Of a stretch of DNA of 64,000 nucleotides, positions 51,385 to 61,883 are shown one piece after another (within the stretch, counting starts at the first letter, position 1; the number at the start of each line of letters is the position of its first letter). Source of the stretch: an uncultured Nitrospinota bacterium (lineage in GTDB: Bacteria > Tectomicrobia > Entotheonellia > J063 > CAVPRW01); NCBI GenBank assembly GCA_963707985.1, contig CAVPRW010000017.1, positions 224,001 through 288,000 on the forward strand, written 5' to 3'. The notes below the pieces were generated by a model. That model made no database searches, was not told the origin of the DNA, and was given only the letters and a program-made list of their open reading frames with translations. Both the position numbers and the translations under genes were made by a program.

Positions 51385-52605
51385 ATGCGGATTGTTATCC
51401 TCACCAACGAGTATCCGCCACATGTATACGGCGGCGCTGGCGTTCATGTGGAGTATCTGACGCGGGAGTTAGCCAAACTGGAGGATCACGCCCACGACAT
51501 CAAGGTGTTGTGCTTCGGCGATCAACGTCTACGGGACGGTAATCTCACGGTCGAGGGCGTCGATCCACCTTTTCAGCCGCCTGAGCAGGACCCTCATCAC
51601 CAAAAGTTCCTGGAGACGATGGTGCGTGATATCGTCATGGCTGGGTCGGTGCGTGAGGCGGACGTGGTGCATTGCCATACCTGGTATTCGCACCTGGCGG
51701 GATGCCTCCTGAAGCCGCTACTCGGCGCCCGTCTGGTGTTGACCACCCACTCGCTGGAGCCGCACCGTCCCTGGAAAGTCGAGCAGCTCGGCACCGCTTA
51801 TCATGCCAGCTCCTGGGTGGAGCGCACGGCCTACCAGAACGCTGACGGCGTCGTCGCCGTCTCCGAGGCCATGCGACGGGATGTACACACGCTCTATGAC
51901 GTGCTGTTTGAGAAGATTCGTGTCATTCATAATGGCATCGACGTGCAGCAATACAAACCCATGCCCAATCCCGCCGTTCTGCAGTCTTACCACATCGATC
52001 CAGCCAAACCCTTCGTGTTGTTCGTCGGCCGCATCACTCGACAGAAGGGCATCATGCATTTGATGAATGCTATCAAGGATCTGCGCCCAGGAGTGCAGGT
52101 GGTGTTATGTGCCGGGGCACCCGATACGCCAGCGCTCGGCGAGGAAATGGCCACACGTGTCGAGCAAGCGCGCCGCGACAGTCCGAATACCATCATCTGG
52201 GTGCCAACGATGGTCCCCAGGGAGGATGTGATTGCACTTTATACGCATGCGTCCGTCTTCGTTTGTCCGTCGGTATACGAGCCTTTTGGCATTATCAATC
52301 TTGAGGCCATGGCCTGTGAAACGCCGGTCGTCGCGTCAGCTGTGGGTGGCATCCCGGAAGTCGTGGTACACGGTGAAACGGGATTATTGGTGCCGGTGGA
52401 GCCTGTGAGCTCGCAGGATTTTGAGCCCAGGGCACCAGCGCAATTCGCGAAGGAACTTGCCGCAGCGGTCAACCGCTTACTAGATGATCCTGCCACTATG
52501 GAGGCGATGGGAAAGCGTGCGCGCGAGCGTGTCGAACGCTATTTCAGCTGGACCAGCATCGCCCAGCAAACGCTGGAGTTTTATCGAAATTTGACAACGG
52601 CGTAA
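51385..52605 (+). CDS. glgA: Glycogen synthase of the GT4/GlgM (maltose-1-phosphate synthase) type
   Basis: TNEYPPHVYGGAGVHV, HCHTWY, SLEPHRPWKVEQLG, GRITRQKG, EPFGIINLEAMAC. Confidence 0.85.
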   Translation: MRIVILTNEYPPHVYGGAGVHVEYLTRELAKLEDHAHDIKVLCFGDQRLRDGNLTVEGVDPPFQPPEQDPHHQKFLETMVRDIVMAGSVREADVVHCHTWYSHLAGCLLKPLLGARLVLTTHSLEPHRPWKVEQLGTAYHASSWVERTAYQNADGVVAVSEAMRRDVHTLYDVLFEKIRVIHNGIDVQQYKPMPNPAVLQSYHIDPAKPFVLFVGRITRQKGIMHLMNAIKDLRPGVQVVLCAGAPDTPALGEEMATRVEQARRDSPNTIIWVPTMVPREDVIALYTHASVFVCPSVYEPFGIINLEAMACETPVVASAVGGIPEVVVHGETGLLVPVEPVSSQDFEPRAPAQFAKELAAAVNRLLDDPATMEAMGKRARERVERYFSWTSIAQQTLEFYRNLTTA

Positions 52606-52694
52606 GCGCTAGGGCAACATGCAGGCATAATGAGTGAAAAGGTAGGGGCCAGGGGAGCCTCTAGTCTTCTCTAGTGATGCCGTGAGGATGCACC

Positions 52695-53309
52695 ATGACG
52701 AAAGTCCTGTCACAAGTCGAGATTCACCCGGTGGTGCTCAAACTGACGCCCGTAATCAATCTGACCGATGATCAGTTGTTCGAGTTCTGTCAGCTCAATA
52801 GGGACTGGCGAATTGAATATACGGCGCAAGGGGAGCTCATTGTCATGCCACCGACAGGGGGGGAAGCAGGCAGTCAGAACGCAGAGCTGACTTTCCAAGT
52901 GCAAGCGTGGACAAGACAGGACCAGGCCGGTGTCGCTTTCGACTCATCTACCGGCTTCAAGCTCCCCAACGGTGCCACCCGTTCTCCCGACGCCGCCTGG
53001 GTCAGACGCACGCGCCTGGCAGGGCTGACCAGAGAACAGAAGCAGAAGTTTCTGCCGCTGTGCCCCGACTTCGTGGTCGAGCTACGATCACCGACGGACA
53101 ACCTCCAGGCTGTGCTCGCGAAGATGCAAGAATATATGGACAACGGCGCCCAACTCGGTTGGTTGCTCGATCCGCTGACGCGCCGTGTCCATGTCTACCT
53201 ACCGCAGCGCCCCCCCGAAATTCTGGAGGCTCCCAGCACCGTCTCAGCCGATCCCGTCCTGCCTGGCTTCGTGCTCGATCTGCGAAAAATTTGGGAACCA
53301 AACTTCTAG
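52695..53309 (+). CDS. Uma2 (DUF820) family endonuclease-like protein
   Basis: FDSSTGFKLPNGATRSPDAAW, PDFVVELRSPTD, GAQLGWLLDP. Confidence 0.9.
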   Translation: MTKVLSQVEIHPVVLKLTPVINLTDDQLFEFCQLNRDWRIEYTAQGELIVMPPTGGEAGSQNAELTFQVQAWTRQDQAGVAFDSSTGFKLPNGATRSPDAAWVRRTRLAGLTREQKQKFLPLCPDFVVELRSPTDNLQAVLAKMQEYMDNGAQLGWLLDPLTRRVHVYLPQRPPEILEAPSTVSADPVLPGFVLDLRKIWEPNF

Positions 53310-53384
53310 GGCTCCAATTCCACCCCAGGGTATGCCGGCGACCGCGTGCCCGTAGCCTCGCAGTCCAGCCAGCGGGTTTGTTCC

Positions 53385-54933
53385 TCAACGATCCAGCCAC
53401 ACCGTCTCAAAGCGGATCTTAAAGCCATTCAACTGCTCGTAGCCCTTTACATTGGCCCGTGCCGCCTGGATGAAGGGCAACGTGGTGAGACTCTGATAGA
53501 TCATGGTCTCCGCCACCACGTACTGTTGCAGATCATGTCCTGCCTTTAGATACGCCTCGTCCGTCTCCGCCTCCCTCAAGCGATCGATGAGCTCATCGAC
53601 GTGCTTATCCGTGTGATTGGGGGTGTTGGCTCCGGCGCGAGTATCGATCAATCTAGAAATCGTATAGGTATCCAGCACGGCGCCGCTCAAGTTGAGATTC
53701 TGATCCCAATCGCGGTCCCGGTTTTGCCGACGCAGGAAGATCGGCCGGTCGATAACCTCAACGGTGACTTCAACGCCGATCTTCGCCAGCTGTGTCTTCA
53801 TGATGGTAGCGATGGTTGGCAGTGCTGCCTCCGCACCATGGGTCATGATCGAATAGCGTAGCGGGTTTTTTTCATCATACCCCGCCTCCTTGAGAAGCGC
53901 CTTGGCCTTGTCGGGATTGTAGGCGAATTGCTCGCCGAAATCGATATGATCTAGCCCTCCTGGAGGGACCGGGCTCCACAAGCGGTTGCGCCTGTCCTAA
54001 CAGCGCTGTCTTGGCGATGGCCTGCCGATCGATCCCGTAGCCCAGGATCGCCTTCCGTACCCGTACGTCCTGGAACGCGGGTTTGCGCAGGTTGAAGATG
54101 CTCTGTGTCCGCTGCGTATCCTTGCCCTTGAGCACCTGGATCTTTGCATCCCTGGTGAGGCGTTCGACGTGCTCGCGCGGGATATAATTGGCGAAATCGA
54201 CCTCACCCGCCCGCAAGGCCGTCACCCGCGTCACGCCTTCCTTGATGATCTGCAATTCGACGCGATCGAGATACGGCAGCCCAGGCTTAAAGTAATTGGG
54301 GTTCTTCTCAAGGACGACGATGCGGTTCTGGTCCCACTTGCCGAGCTTGAATGGCCCTGTGCCATCGGGATGTAACCGCACTTCCTCCTTGCCCCAGCGC
54401 TTGTAGGATGCTGGGGACATCTGCAAGAATCCCACCCGATTGACTGCCATCGTTGGCAGCAGCGTCCGGCTGGGGTGCTTGAGGGTGAATTTGATCGTAT
54501 GGGAGTCGATGACCTCGACGCTTTCAACGATACTGAGGAACGGTGCGATGAAGGCATCTTCATCGGGATCGACAGCGCGCTGATAGTTCCAGCGCACCAC
54601 CTCGGCATCGAAGTCGCTGCCTTCGTGGAATTTGACCCCCTTGCGCAGGTGGAAGACATAGACTTTACCGTTCTCCGAAATGTCCCAGGACTCGGCCAGC
54701 TCGGGGACGTAGTTAAAATTCGTGTCGACGGTAACTAGGCTGCTGAAGAGATTGCCGACGGTGTGCCAAGCCTGCACGCCCGGGGAGAGAAAGGGATCGA
54801 GCCCGGTGACATCGGCTTCCCACGCCACCTTTAGAGTGCCGCCTGGTTTGGGGGTTTGGGCCAGCACGAAGGTCGAGACCGAGAGAACAAGCAGCATAGC
54901 GATGGACAGTGACCAACGGACGCAACGTCTCAT
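53385..54933 (-). CDS. Peptide/nickel ABC substrate-binding protein (family 5); frameshift near 53980
   Basis: PKPGGTL, PELAESW, LRKGVKFH, GTGPFK; C-half in ORF 53385..53981. Confidence 0.85.
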
Positions 54934-55261
54934 CGTGAACCTCCATGAGTCATCTGTGAGCCATATCCTGATCCCCATCCTCAACGCTGCTGAGCGTTCA
55001 GAGGTGCGTGATTCATGGTGCTTTCACCAGACAGTAGTCGTGAAGTCAAACGTGGAGGATGGTGAGGAATACAACCAGCATGCGTGTAGTCTCCTGGGTC
55101 GGGATGGGAAAGCTGAGCAGTCCATAGTGCGGCCAGGCCCGCATTGTAAGAGGACCGGCATGACGTGTCAAGAGTCAGTTCACAATACGGCTAACTGTAA
55201 TAGGCGCGGGTAATGAATGGCATATATGAAAATAATTTCTGTATGACATGAAAAAAATATC

Positions 55262-55291
55262 TTGACAGTGGGATCTTGCCAGGGATACACT
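55262..55291 (+). promoter_or_regulatory. Sigma70 promoter with AT-rich UP element
   Basis: TTGACA-18 nt-TACACT. Confidence 0.6.
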
Positions 55292-55425
55292 GGGTGAATA
55301 CTTTACAAATCCTTGATTTAGTTCTCTTGTGAAGTCATGAACGCTCGTCACTGCTCAGAGCCGTAGCGTTCGATCTGGCTGGCATCGCCCACCATAGTGG
55401 GTCATACGTCAGTTGGAGGTGTCCG

Positions 55426-55488
55426 ATGCCCATCACACTTCGCCCCTTCCTCTATCTTTTCCTTGGACGCCTGCTCACCCGTGTCTAA
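55426..55488 (+). CDS. Putative 20-aa leader peptide
   Basis: GGAGGT RBS; MPITLRPFLYLFLGRLLTRV*; hairpin CCCTTTCCTGCA..TGCGGGAAAGGG follows. Confidence 0.5.
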   Translation: MPITLRPFLYLFLGRLLTRV

Positions 55489-55803
55489 CCCCCTTTCCTG
55501 CACTCAAATGCGGGAAAGGGCCTGTCAGCATGTGCTCATCTCCTAGCTTCGCTTAGGCGGTCGCGTCCAGGCGTTCTTCGTAATCTACGTGTACTGAACT
55601 CGGATCTCATCTCCGCGACGTGGGAGGTGATGGGACGCAAGCGCACCAGGTGCTGGAGAAGATGCCACAACGCATCTCTGGAGAAGACCTGGTAGATGTG
55701 TGGTCTGAGGTGTCCGCACCGTTACGTGCACTCCCCGAAGATCTGTGACGACGAACCAGCGTAAAGGACATAGATGGATCGGCGTTTCAAGGAGGGTATG
55801 AGG

Positions 55804-57396
55804 ATGTCAAGGGCAGGCATAGCTATACTTAGCTTTGTAGTACTTCTCAGCTTCTGGACAGCCCCAATGGCTCTGGCGCAGGAACAGCCGCGCCGCGGGG
55901 GAGTCTTGCAGGTCGCCCTTCCCGCCGACCCCCCCAGCCTGGATGCGCACCAGGAGCAAACCTTCGCGGTGGCCCAACCGATGGGCCCTGTCTACAATAA
56001 CCTGATCGTGTTAGACCCCCACAACTATCCCCAGATCATCGGGGACCTGGCCAAATCCTGGACGGTCTCGGACGATCACCTCACCTATACCTTCACGCTG
56101 CACGAAGGGGTGAAGTTCCACGATGGCAGCGAGCTGACCTCGGCGGATGTCAAGGCCAGCTGGGATAAGATCGTCTCTCCGTCGGGGGACGTCATCAGTG
56201 TGCGGCGGGGTAACTTTCAGATGATCAAGAGCATCGAGGCCCCCGACCGCCACACCGTGGTCTTCCGCCTGCACCACCCCTCGCCGTCGTTCCTGTCGAA
56301 CCTGGCCGGCCCGGCCAATTTTATCTATCCCAAAAAATATCTCGATACGGATCCCCACTACTTTAAGACCCATGCCGTCGGCAGCGGGCCCTTCAAGTTG
56401 AAGAATTACGTGCGGGGCTCCTACGTCGAGCTGGAGCGCAACCCGGATTATTGGAAAAAAGGGCTGCCCTACCTGGATGGGATCAAGTATTTCATCATCA
56501 CCGACACCTCGGCCCGGACTACCGCCCTGCGGTCGGGACGGGTCGATGCGGAGTTGCGCTTTCTGCCCCCTGGGGATGTCGACGCCATCAAGCAGTCGTT
56601 GGGCGATAAGGTGGTGGTGGCCAGGGTACAGAACATCGGAAATTTTGGGGTCACCTTCAATGTGGACAAGAAACCCTTCGACGATGAACGGGTGCGCAAG
56701 GCCCTGACCCTGGCCATCGACCGCTATGATGCGGTCAAAACGCTTTCCACGATCACCAACCTGGAATATGTCGGGGGCATGATGCACCCGGACAGCCAGT
56801 GGGCCTTGAGCCCGGAGGAGTTGGAAGCGTTGCCAGGCTTCAGCCGAGACCACGCCGCCAATCTGCGCGAGGCCAAGCGGTTGTTGGCCGAGGCCGGCTT
56901 TCCCAACGGCTTCAAGACGGTGCTGACCAACCGCAATATCAAAATGCCGTACATCGATTTAGCCGTCTACCTGATCTCGGCGTGGAAGAAGATCGGGGTG
57001 GAGGCCGAGCATAAGGTGGAGGAGACGGCCACCTATAGCCAGACCCGGGTGAACAGGGATTTCGAGCTGATCGTGGACCCTTACGGTTCTCAATTGGTCG
57101 GAGACCCCGAAGAGTTGCTGGACAAATTTGTCACCGGGCAACCAGAGAACTGGGGCCGCATGAGCGATCCCGTGGTCGATGGGCTGTTCGCACAGCAGGC
57201 GCAAGAGATGAACGAACAGAAGCGCATCGAACTGGTGAAGGAGATGGATAAGCGCATCCTGGAGAAGGTCTGGCGCATCCAGGGGCTGTGGACGACACGC
57301 CTGGAGGTGCGCACGGCCCGCATGCGTAACTATGAGCCGCTCCCCAGCCACTGGAATAATCGACGCTTCGAGGATGTATGGCTGGCGGCGAAGTGA
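55804..57396 (+). CDS. Peptide ABC substrate-binding protein (family 5)
   Basis: Signal peptide, PRRGGVL, DLAKSW, GVKFHDG, GSGPFK. Confidence 0.9.
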   Translation: MSRAGIAILSFVVLLSFWTAPMALAQEQPRRGGVLQVALPADPPSLDAHQEQTFAVAQPMGPVYNNLIVLDPHNYPQIIGDLAKSWTVSDDHLTYTFTLHEGVKFHDGSELTSADVKASWDKIVSPSGDVISVRRGNFQMIKSIEAPDRHTVVFRLHHPSPSFLSNLAGPANFIYPKKYLDTDPHYFKTHAVGSGPFKLKNYVRGSYVELERNPDYWKKGLPYLDGIKYFIITDTSARTTALRSGRVDAELRFLPPGDVDAIKQSLGDKVVVARVQNIGNFGVTFNVDKKPFDDERVRKALTLAIDRYDAVKTLSTITNLEYVGGMMHPDSQWALSPEELEALPGFSRDHAANLREAKRLLAEAGFPNGFKTVLTNRNIKMPYIDLAVYLISAWKKIGVEAEHKVEETATYSQTRVNRDFELIVDPYGSQLVGDPEELLDKFVTGQPENWGRMSDPVVDGLFAQQAQEMNEQKRIELVKEMDKRILEKVWRIQGLWTTRLEVRTARMRNYEPLPSHWNNRRFEDVWLAAK

Positions 57397-57400
57397 TAAG

Positions 57401-57437
57401 TCTCTCCCTCTCCCTCTGGGAGAGGGTGGGGTGAGGG
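57401..57437. repeat. REP-like palindrome
   Basis: CCCTCTCCCTCTGGGAGAGGGTGGGGTGAGGG; a degenerate relative lies at ~30912-30943. Confidence 0.55.
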
Positions 57438-57461
57438 AGTGAGGATGGAGGGTCCGAAGCC

Positions 57462-58422
57462 GTGTGGCAATACATCGTCAAACGTATCCTGTTAATGATT
57501 CCCACCCTGCTCGGGGCTGCTCTGGTGGTCTTCATTCTGATGCACGTCGTCCCCGGGGACATCGCCATGTTGATCCTGGGCGCTGGTGAGCAAGGCGGCG
57601 ATGTCAACCTCACGGAACTTGATCGCGTGCGACACAAATTGGGGCTCGACCGCCCGCTCTATGAGCAGTTCTTCTCCTGGGTCTGGGGCATCGTCCGCCT
57701 GGATTTCGGCACCTCCTTGTGGAGCGGAGCGCCGGTGCTCGAGGAACTGCGCATTCGTTTCCCCTTGACCCTCGAGGTTGCCCTCTTCGCAACGCTGATC
57801 TCGACCCTGATCGCCATTCCCCTCGGAACATTGGCGGCCATCCGTCAGGATACCTGGATTGACTATGGGGTGCGCGTCATCAGCATCGGGGGCCTGGCAA
57901 TCCCTAACTTTTGGACCGGCATCCTGCTCATCCTCTTTCTGGTGATCTACTTCCAGTGGAGCCCGCCGTTGGTATTCGTGCCGCTCTGGGAGGATCCGTG
58001 GGAGAATTTCAAGCAACTGGTCTGGCCGATCGTCACCGTAGGCTATCGCAATGCCGCGTTAAGCACGCGTCTGACGCGCTCGGCGGTGTTGGAGGTGATG
58101 CGTGAGGACTATATTCGCACGGCCTGGGCGAAGGGCTTGCGCGAAGGCATCGTCGTCATCAAACACACCCTGAAGAACGCCATGTTACCGGTGATCACGA
58201 TCATCGGGGCAGAGTTTGCCTTCCTGATGGGCGGCCTGGTGGTGACGGAAACCGTGTTCACTCTGAACGGGTTGGGTCAGATTCGTGGTCGATGCCATCT
58301 TGCATCGGGACATCCCGGTGGTACAGACGATGGTGCTGCTCACCGCCTTCATCATCGTCTTCATCAATCTGATCGTCGATTTGCTCTATGCCTGGCTGGA
58401 CCCCAGGATCAGCTACCACTAA
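57462..58422 (+). CDS. Peptide ABC permease (DppB/OppB-like); frameshift near 58280
   Basis: LGLDRPL, EDYIRTAWAKGL, VTETVF; C-terminal DLLYAWLDPRISYH* in another frame. Confidence 0.85.
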
Positions 58423-58432
58423 GGAGGCTGGG

Positions 58433-59364
58433 ATGGCTGAGGTAATGCATGAGGGGCAGTTACCCCTCACGACCCGACAACTGCAGGCTGTTGCGGGGGG
58501 AAGCATTGGGTCAGCGCCTATGCCTGGCCTGCCATCCGCAAGTTTATCGTCACTAAACCGTTGGGAGCCATCGGTGGTGTGGTTATTCTGTTGATGGTCA
58601 TCACCGCTATTTTTGCCGATGTCATCGCCCCCTATGATCCCTATGAAATCAATCAGCGCTTGCAGTTTAACCCCCCGAGCCTGCAACACTTGTTCGGCAC
58701 CGACGATTTTGGCCGGGATCTGTTCACGCGCATCGTCTACGGCGCGCGGGTGGCACTGTTTATCGGCTTGACTGCCGCCTTTGTCGGCGCCACCGGCGGG
58801 GCCATCCTAGGAGTGATCAGCGCCTATCTGGGCGGCAAGGTTGACCTGTTCCTGCAGCGCATCATGGATATTATGCTAGCTTTTCCGTTGCTGATTCTGG
58901 CTCTGGCTATTGTCACCGTCCTTGGCCGTTCCCTTCCGAATGTGGTTCTGGCCATCGCCATTCCGATCATTCCGCGCACCACCCGCATCGTCCGCTCCAA
59001 CGCCCTGAGCATCAAAGAACACATCTATGTAGAAGCGGCCCGTGCTGTCGGCTGCTCTCACCCGTGGGTGATCCTGCGCCACATCATCCCCAACGTCATG
59101 GCGCCGTATTTGATTATGCTGACGGCTCAGTTCGGCAACGCCATCCTTGTCGAAGCCTCCTTGAGCTTCTTGGGGTTGGGTACCGCCGAGCCGACGCCAT
59201 CGTGGGGACTGATGCTTTCGGGAAGCGCGCTGTCGTACGCCGAGAGGGCACCATGGGTAGCCATTTTCCCCGGCATAGCCATCAGCCTGGCGGTGTTTGG
59301 CTTTAACCTGTTTGGCGATTCACTGCGCGATGCCCTTGACCCCAGGCTGCGTCACCGCTCCTGA
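58433..59364 (+). CDS. Peptide ABC permease (DppC/OppC-like); 5' frameshift
   Basis: AAGGAGG RBS before 58433; FGTDDFGRD, EASLSFLGLG, GDSLRDALDP. Confidence 0.85.
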
Positions 59365-59448
59365 GATGGGCTCGCCCGGCACTCAAGAAACTTTGGCGCC
59401 AGGCACAGTCAGGCGGATCGATCTCGGTAGAGCGACACCAACGGGGCG

Positions 59449-60159
59449 TTAGACGCCGAGGTGGCGAGCTTTCACATCCGCGTCATGAGCGAGGACATGC
59501 GGGGAGGATTCGTAGACGATTTTCCCGCGACTCATGATGTACACATAGTCAGCGAGCTTCAAGGCGAAGGGGAGGTTCTGCTCCACCAGGAGGATGGACA
59601 GGCCCTCTTCCTTGAGCCGTTGAAGGACGCGGCTCAACTCCTGCACCACTCGAGGCGCCAGCCCTTCGGTGGGCTCGTCCATGAGAAGGACCTGTGGATT
59701 GCCGATCAGTGCCCTGGCCAACGCCAGCATCTGCTGCTCGCCTCCGGAGAGTGCACTGCCCGACTGCAGCAAGCGCTCCCGCAGTCGGGGGAACAAGCCA
59801 AACACCCGCGCCATGGTCCAGCACAGGCCCTCGCCCTCGTTCACGCTTCGATGCCAGGCGGCGATCTCTAGGTTCTCCCGCACGCTGAGAGATGGGAAGA
59901 TACGCCGACCCTGGGGGATGATACCCATACCCATCTGCGCGATCCGATACGATGGCATACGGGTAATCTCCAGGCCTTTGAACCAGACCTGGCCACGACG
60001 GGGTGGCGTGAAGCCGATGATGGAGCGCACCAGTGTTGTCTTACCCATGCCGTTGCGTCCTAACATCGCCACCACCGTGCCGGGCTCGACTTTCAGGGAG
60101 ACCCCCTGCAATACGTAGCTGTCGCCATAATAGGTGTGGATATCTCGTACTTCCAACAC
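59449..60159 (-). CDS. livF: Branched-chain amino acid ABC ATPase
   Basis: GRNGMGKT, LSGGEQQML, DEPTEG. Confidence 0.85.
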   Translation of the reverse strand: MLEVRDIHTYYGDSYVLQGVSLKVEPGTVVAMLGRNGMGKTTLVRSIIGFTPPRRGQVWFKGLEITRMPSYRIAQMGMGIIPQGRRIFPSLSVRENLEIAAWHRSVNEGEGLCWTMARVFGLFPRLRERLLQSGSALSGGEQQMLALARALIGNPQVLLMDEPTEGLAPRVVQELSRVLQRLKEEGLSILLVEQNLPFALKLADYVYIMSRGKIVYESSPHVLAHDADVKARHLGV

Positions 60160-60171
60160 GCCCTCGACTCC

Positions 60172-60912
60172 TTACTCGGGCCCCAGGTAGATCTCAGCCA
60201 CGGTGGGATCTTTGCGGATTGCCTCCGGCGAGCCGTCGGCCAGCAGCTTGCCTTGGTGCAGGACCGTAACATGCTGGGCGACTTGAAATGCGACATGCAT
60301 GTCGTGTTCGATGACCAACACGGTGATGTGTGGATCCAGGCGTTGGATTAGCGATGTGACTAGTGGGGTCTCTGCCGTCGATAGCCCAGCAGTAGGTTCA
60401 TCCAATAACAAGAGCTTCGGCGTATTGGCCAACGCCAGCAGGATCTCAAGCTGCCGTTGGTCCCCATACGAGAGTTGGCGCACCAGGATCTGCCGTTTAT
60501 CCCATAGTTTCCACTCTTCCAGCACGCTCCTGGCTTTGCTCAGGATAGGCCGATCGCTGCTGAGAGCACGAAACAGGACGAACTTCGCCGAGTCAAGGGC
60601 TTGTACAGCCAGTAGCATGTTCTCTAGCACAGTCAAATTCGGAAACAGAGTGGTCATTTGGAACGTGCGAGTCAGACCGAGAGTCGCCCGTCGAAATGGA
60701 GGGAGTTTGGTGACCTCTCGACCGAAGAGGATGATCCGACCTGAACTGGGGAACAGTTGCCCGCCGATCAAGTTGAAGAGGGTTGTCTTGCCCGCGCCAT
60801 TGGGCCCAATGATCGCTCGCCGCTCCCCCGGCTGGACCTCCAGGGAAAGGTCCTGCAGGGCCTGCAGGCCCCCAAAATTCTTGGAAAGCCGCTCGACGAT
60901 CAGCGCCGTCAC
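60172..60912 (-). CDS. livG: Branched-chain amino acid ABC ATPase
   Basis: GPNGAGKT, LSYGDQR, DEPTAG, IEHDM. Confidence 0.85.
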   Translation of the reverse strand: MTALIVERLSKNFGGLQALQDLSLEVQPGERRAIIGPNGAGKTTLFNLIGGQLFPSSGRIILFGREVTKLPPFRRATLGLTRTFQMTTLFPNLTVLENMLLAVQALDSAKFVLFRALSSDRPILSKARSVLEEWKLWDKRQILVRQLSYGDQRQLEILLALANTPKLLLLDEPTAGLSTAETPLVTSLIQRLDPHITVLVIEHDMHVAFQVAQHVTVLHQGKLLADGSPEAIRKDPTVAEIYLGPE

Positions 60913-61883
60913 AGCTCCGCCCTCCGGTGGAGTCGACTCGGAAGCGAAACCCGAACCACTCCCAGAATACCTTGAGGCGCACAGAGTACAACCAGCAGAT
61001 AGATGAGGCCCAGAACCAGAAGCCACCGCTCTGTGTAGGCGCTAACCATGTTGCGCAGGAACACCACGACTCCGGCGCCGATGACCGGCCCGAACAGGGT
61101 ACCTGTGCCCCCAACAATCACCATTAAGAGCGCCTCGGCAGATACCGACAGGCTCAACTGGGCGGGACTGACAAAACCATGATAGTAAACGAAGAGGATT
61201 CCCGCCATGCCTGCCACTCCTCCGGCGATAAGCATGGCGATGTATTTATGCAGCCAGACATTGTACCCCAGGCAATTCATGCGGCACTCGCTCTCGCGAA
61301 TGCCACGCAGGGTGTAGCCGAACGGTGAATGTACGACCACAGAGAGCCCTGCCACCATGACGACGAAGATCATGAGCGTGGCGGTGAAAAAATTGGCAGG
61401 GTCTTGGAGAGACCAGGGCAACAGCCCTCCCAGGTCCGGACGGGCAATGCCGGGAAGCCCGTCATCTCCACCCGTCATCGTCCGCCAACCAAAGGCGATA
61501 CCCCACAGCACCTGCGCCAGCGCCAGGGTGATCATCATGAAATAGACCCCGGCCGTCCGCAGGGCCAAGAGACCGAATAACGCCGCGATGATCACGCTCA
61601 TCAGCACCCCCAGCGACACACTGACCCAGCAATGTTGCCCGAGGTGGAGAGAGAGGAGAGCCATCGTGTAGGCCCCCGATCCGAAGTATGCCGCATGTCC
61701 TAACGAGGGGAGCCCTGTGTGGCCGAGCAGGAGGTCCAGGCTTATGGCAAAGATGCCTAAGATCAGGGTCTCCGTTAGCAGACCAGTGTAGTAGGTGGGT
61801 AACATCCTGCCAACGACGGCTAGCACGATCAGGCTCAAGATTATCCCGATCCCAGGCCATAGGCGCCGGCAGCACATGCTCAT
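60909..61883 (-). CDS. livM: Branched-chain amino acid ABC permease
   Basis: SLGHAAYFG, TGGDDG, GGTGTLFGP. Confidence 0.85.
   Translation of the reverse strand: MSMCCRRLWPGIGIILSLIVLAVVGRMLPTYYTGLLTETLILGIFAISLDLLLGHTGLPSLGHAAYFGSGAYTMALLSLHLGQHCWVSVSLGVLMSVIIAALFGLLALRTAGVYFMMITLALAQVLWGIAFGWRTMTGGDDGLPGIARPDLGGLLPWSLQDPANFFTATLMIFVVMVAGLSVVVHSPFGYTLRGIRESECRMNCLGYNVWLHKYIAMLIAGGVAGMAGILFVYYHGFVSPAQLSLSVSAEALLMVIVGGTGTLFGPVIGAGVVVFLRNMVSAYTERWLLVLGLIYLLVVLCAPQGILGVVRVSLPSRLHRRAEL

Noticed and set aside
55630..55695. Second uORF MGRKRTRCWRRCHNASLEKTW
   Set aside because: RBS-to-ATG spacing is only 2 nt; no other support
55670..55775. Glycine riboswitch resemblance (CTCTGGAGA..CCGAAG..AAGGACA)
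   Set aside because: Lacks the CTCTCAGG element and proper spacing; only scattered words match
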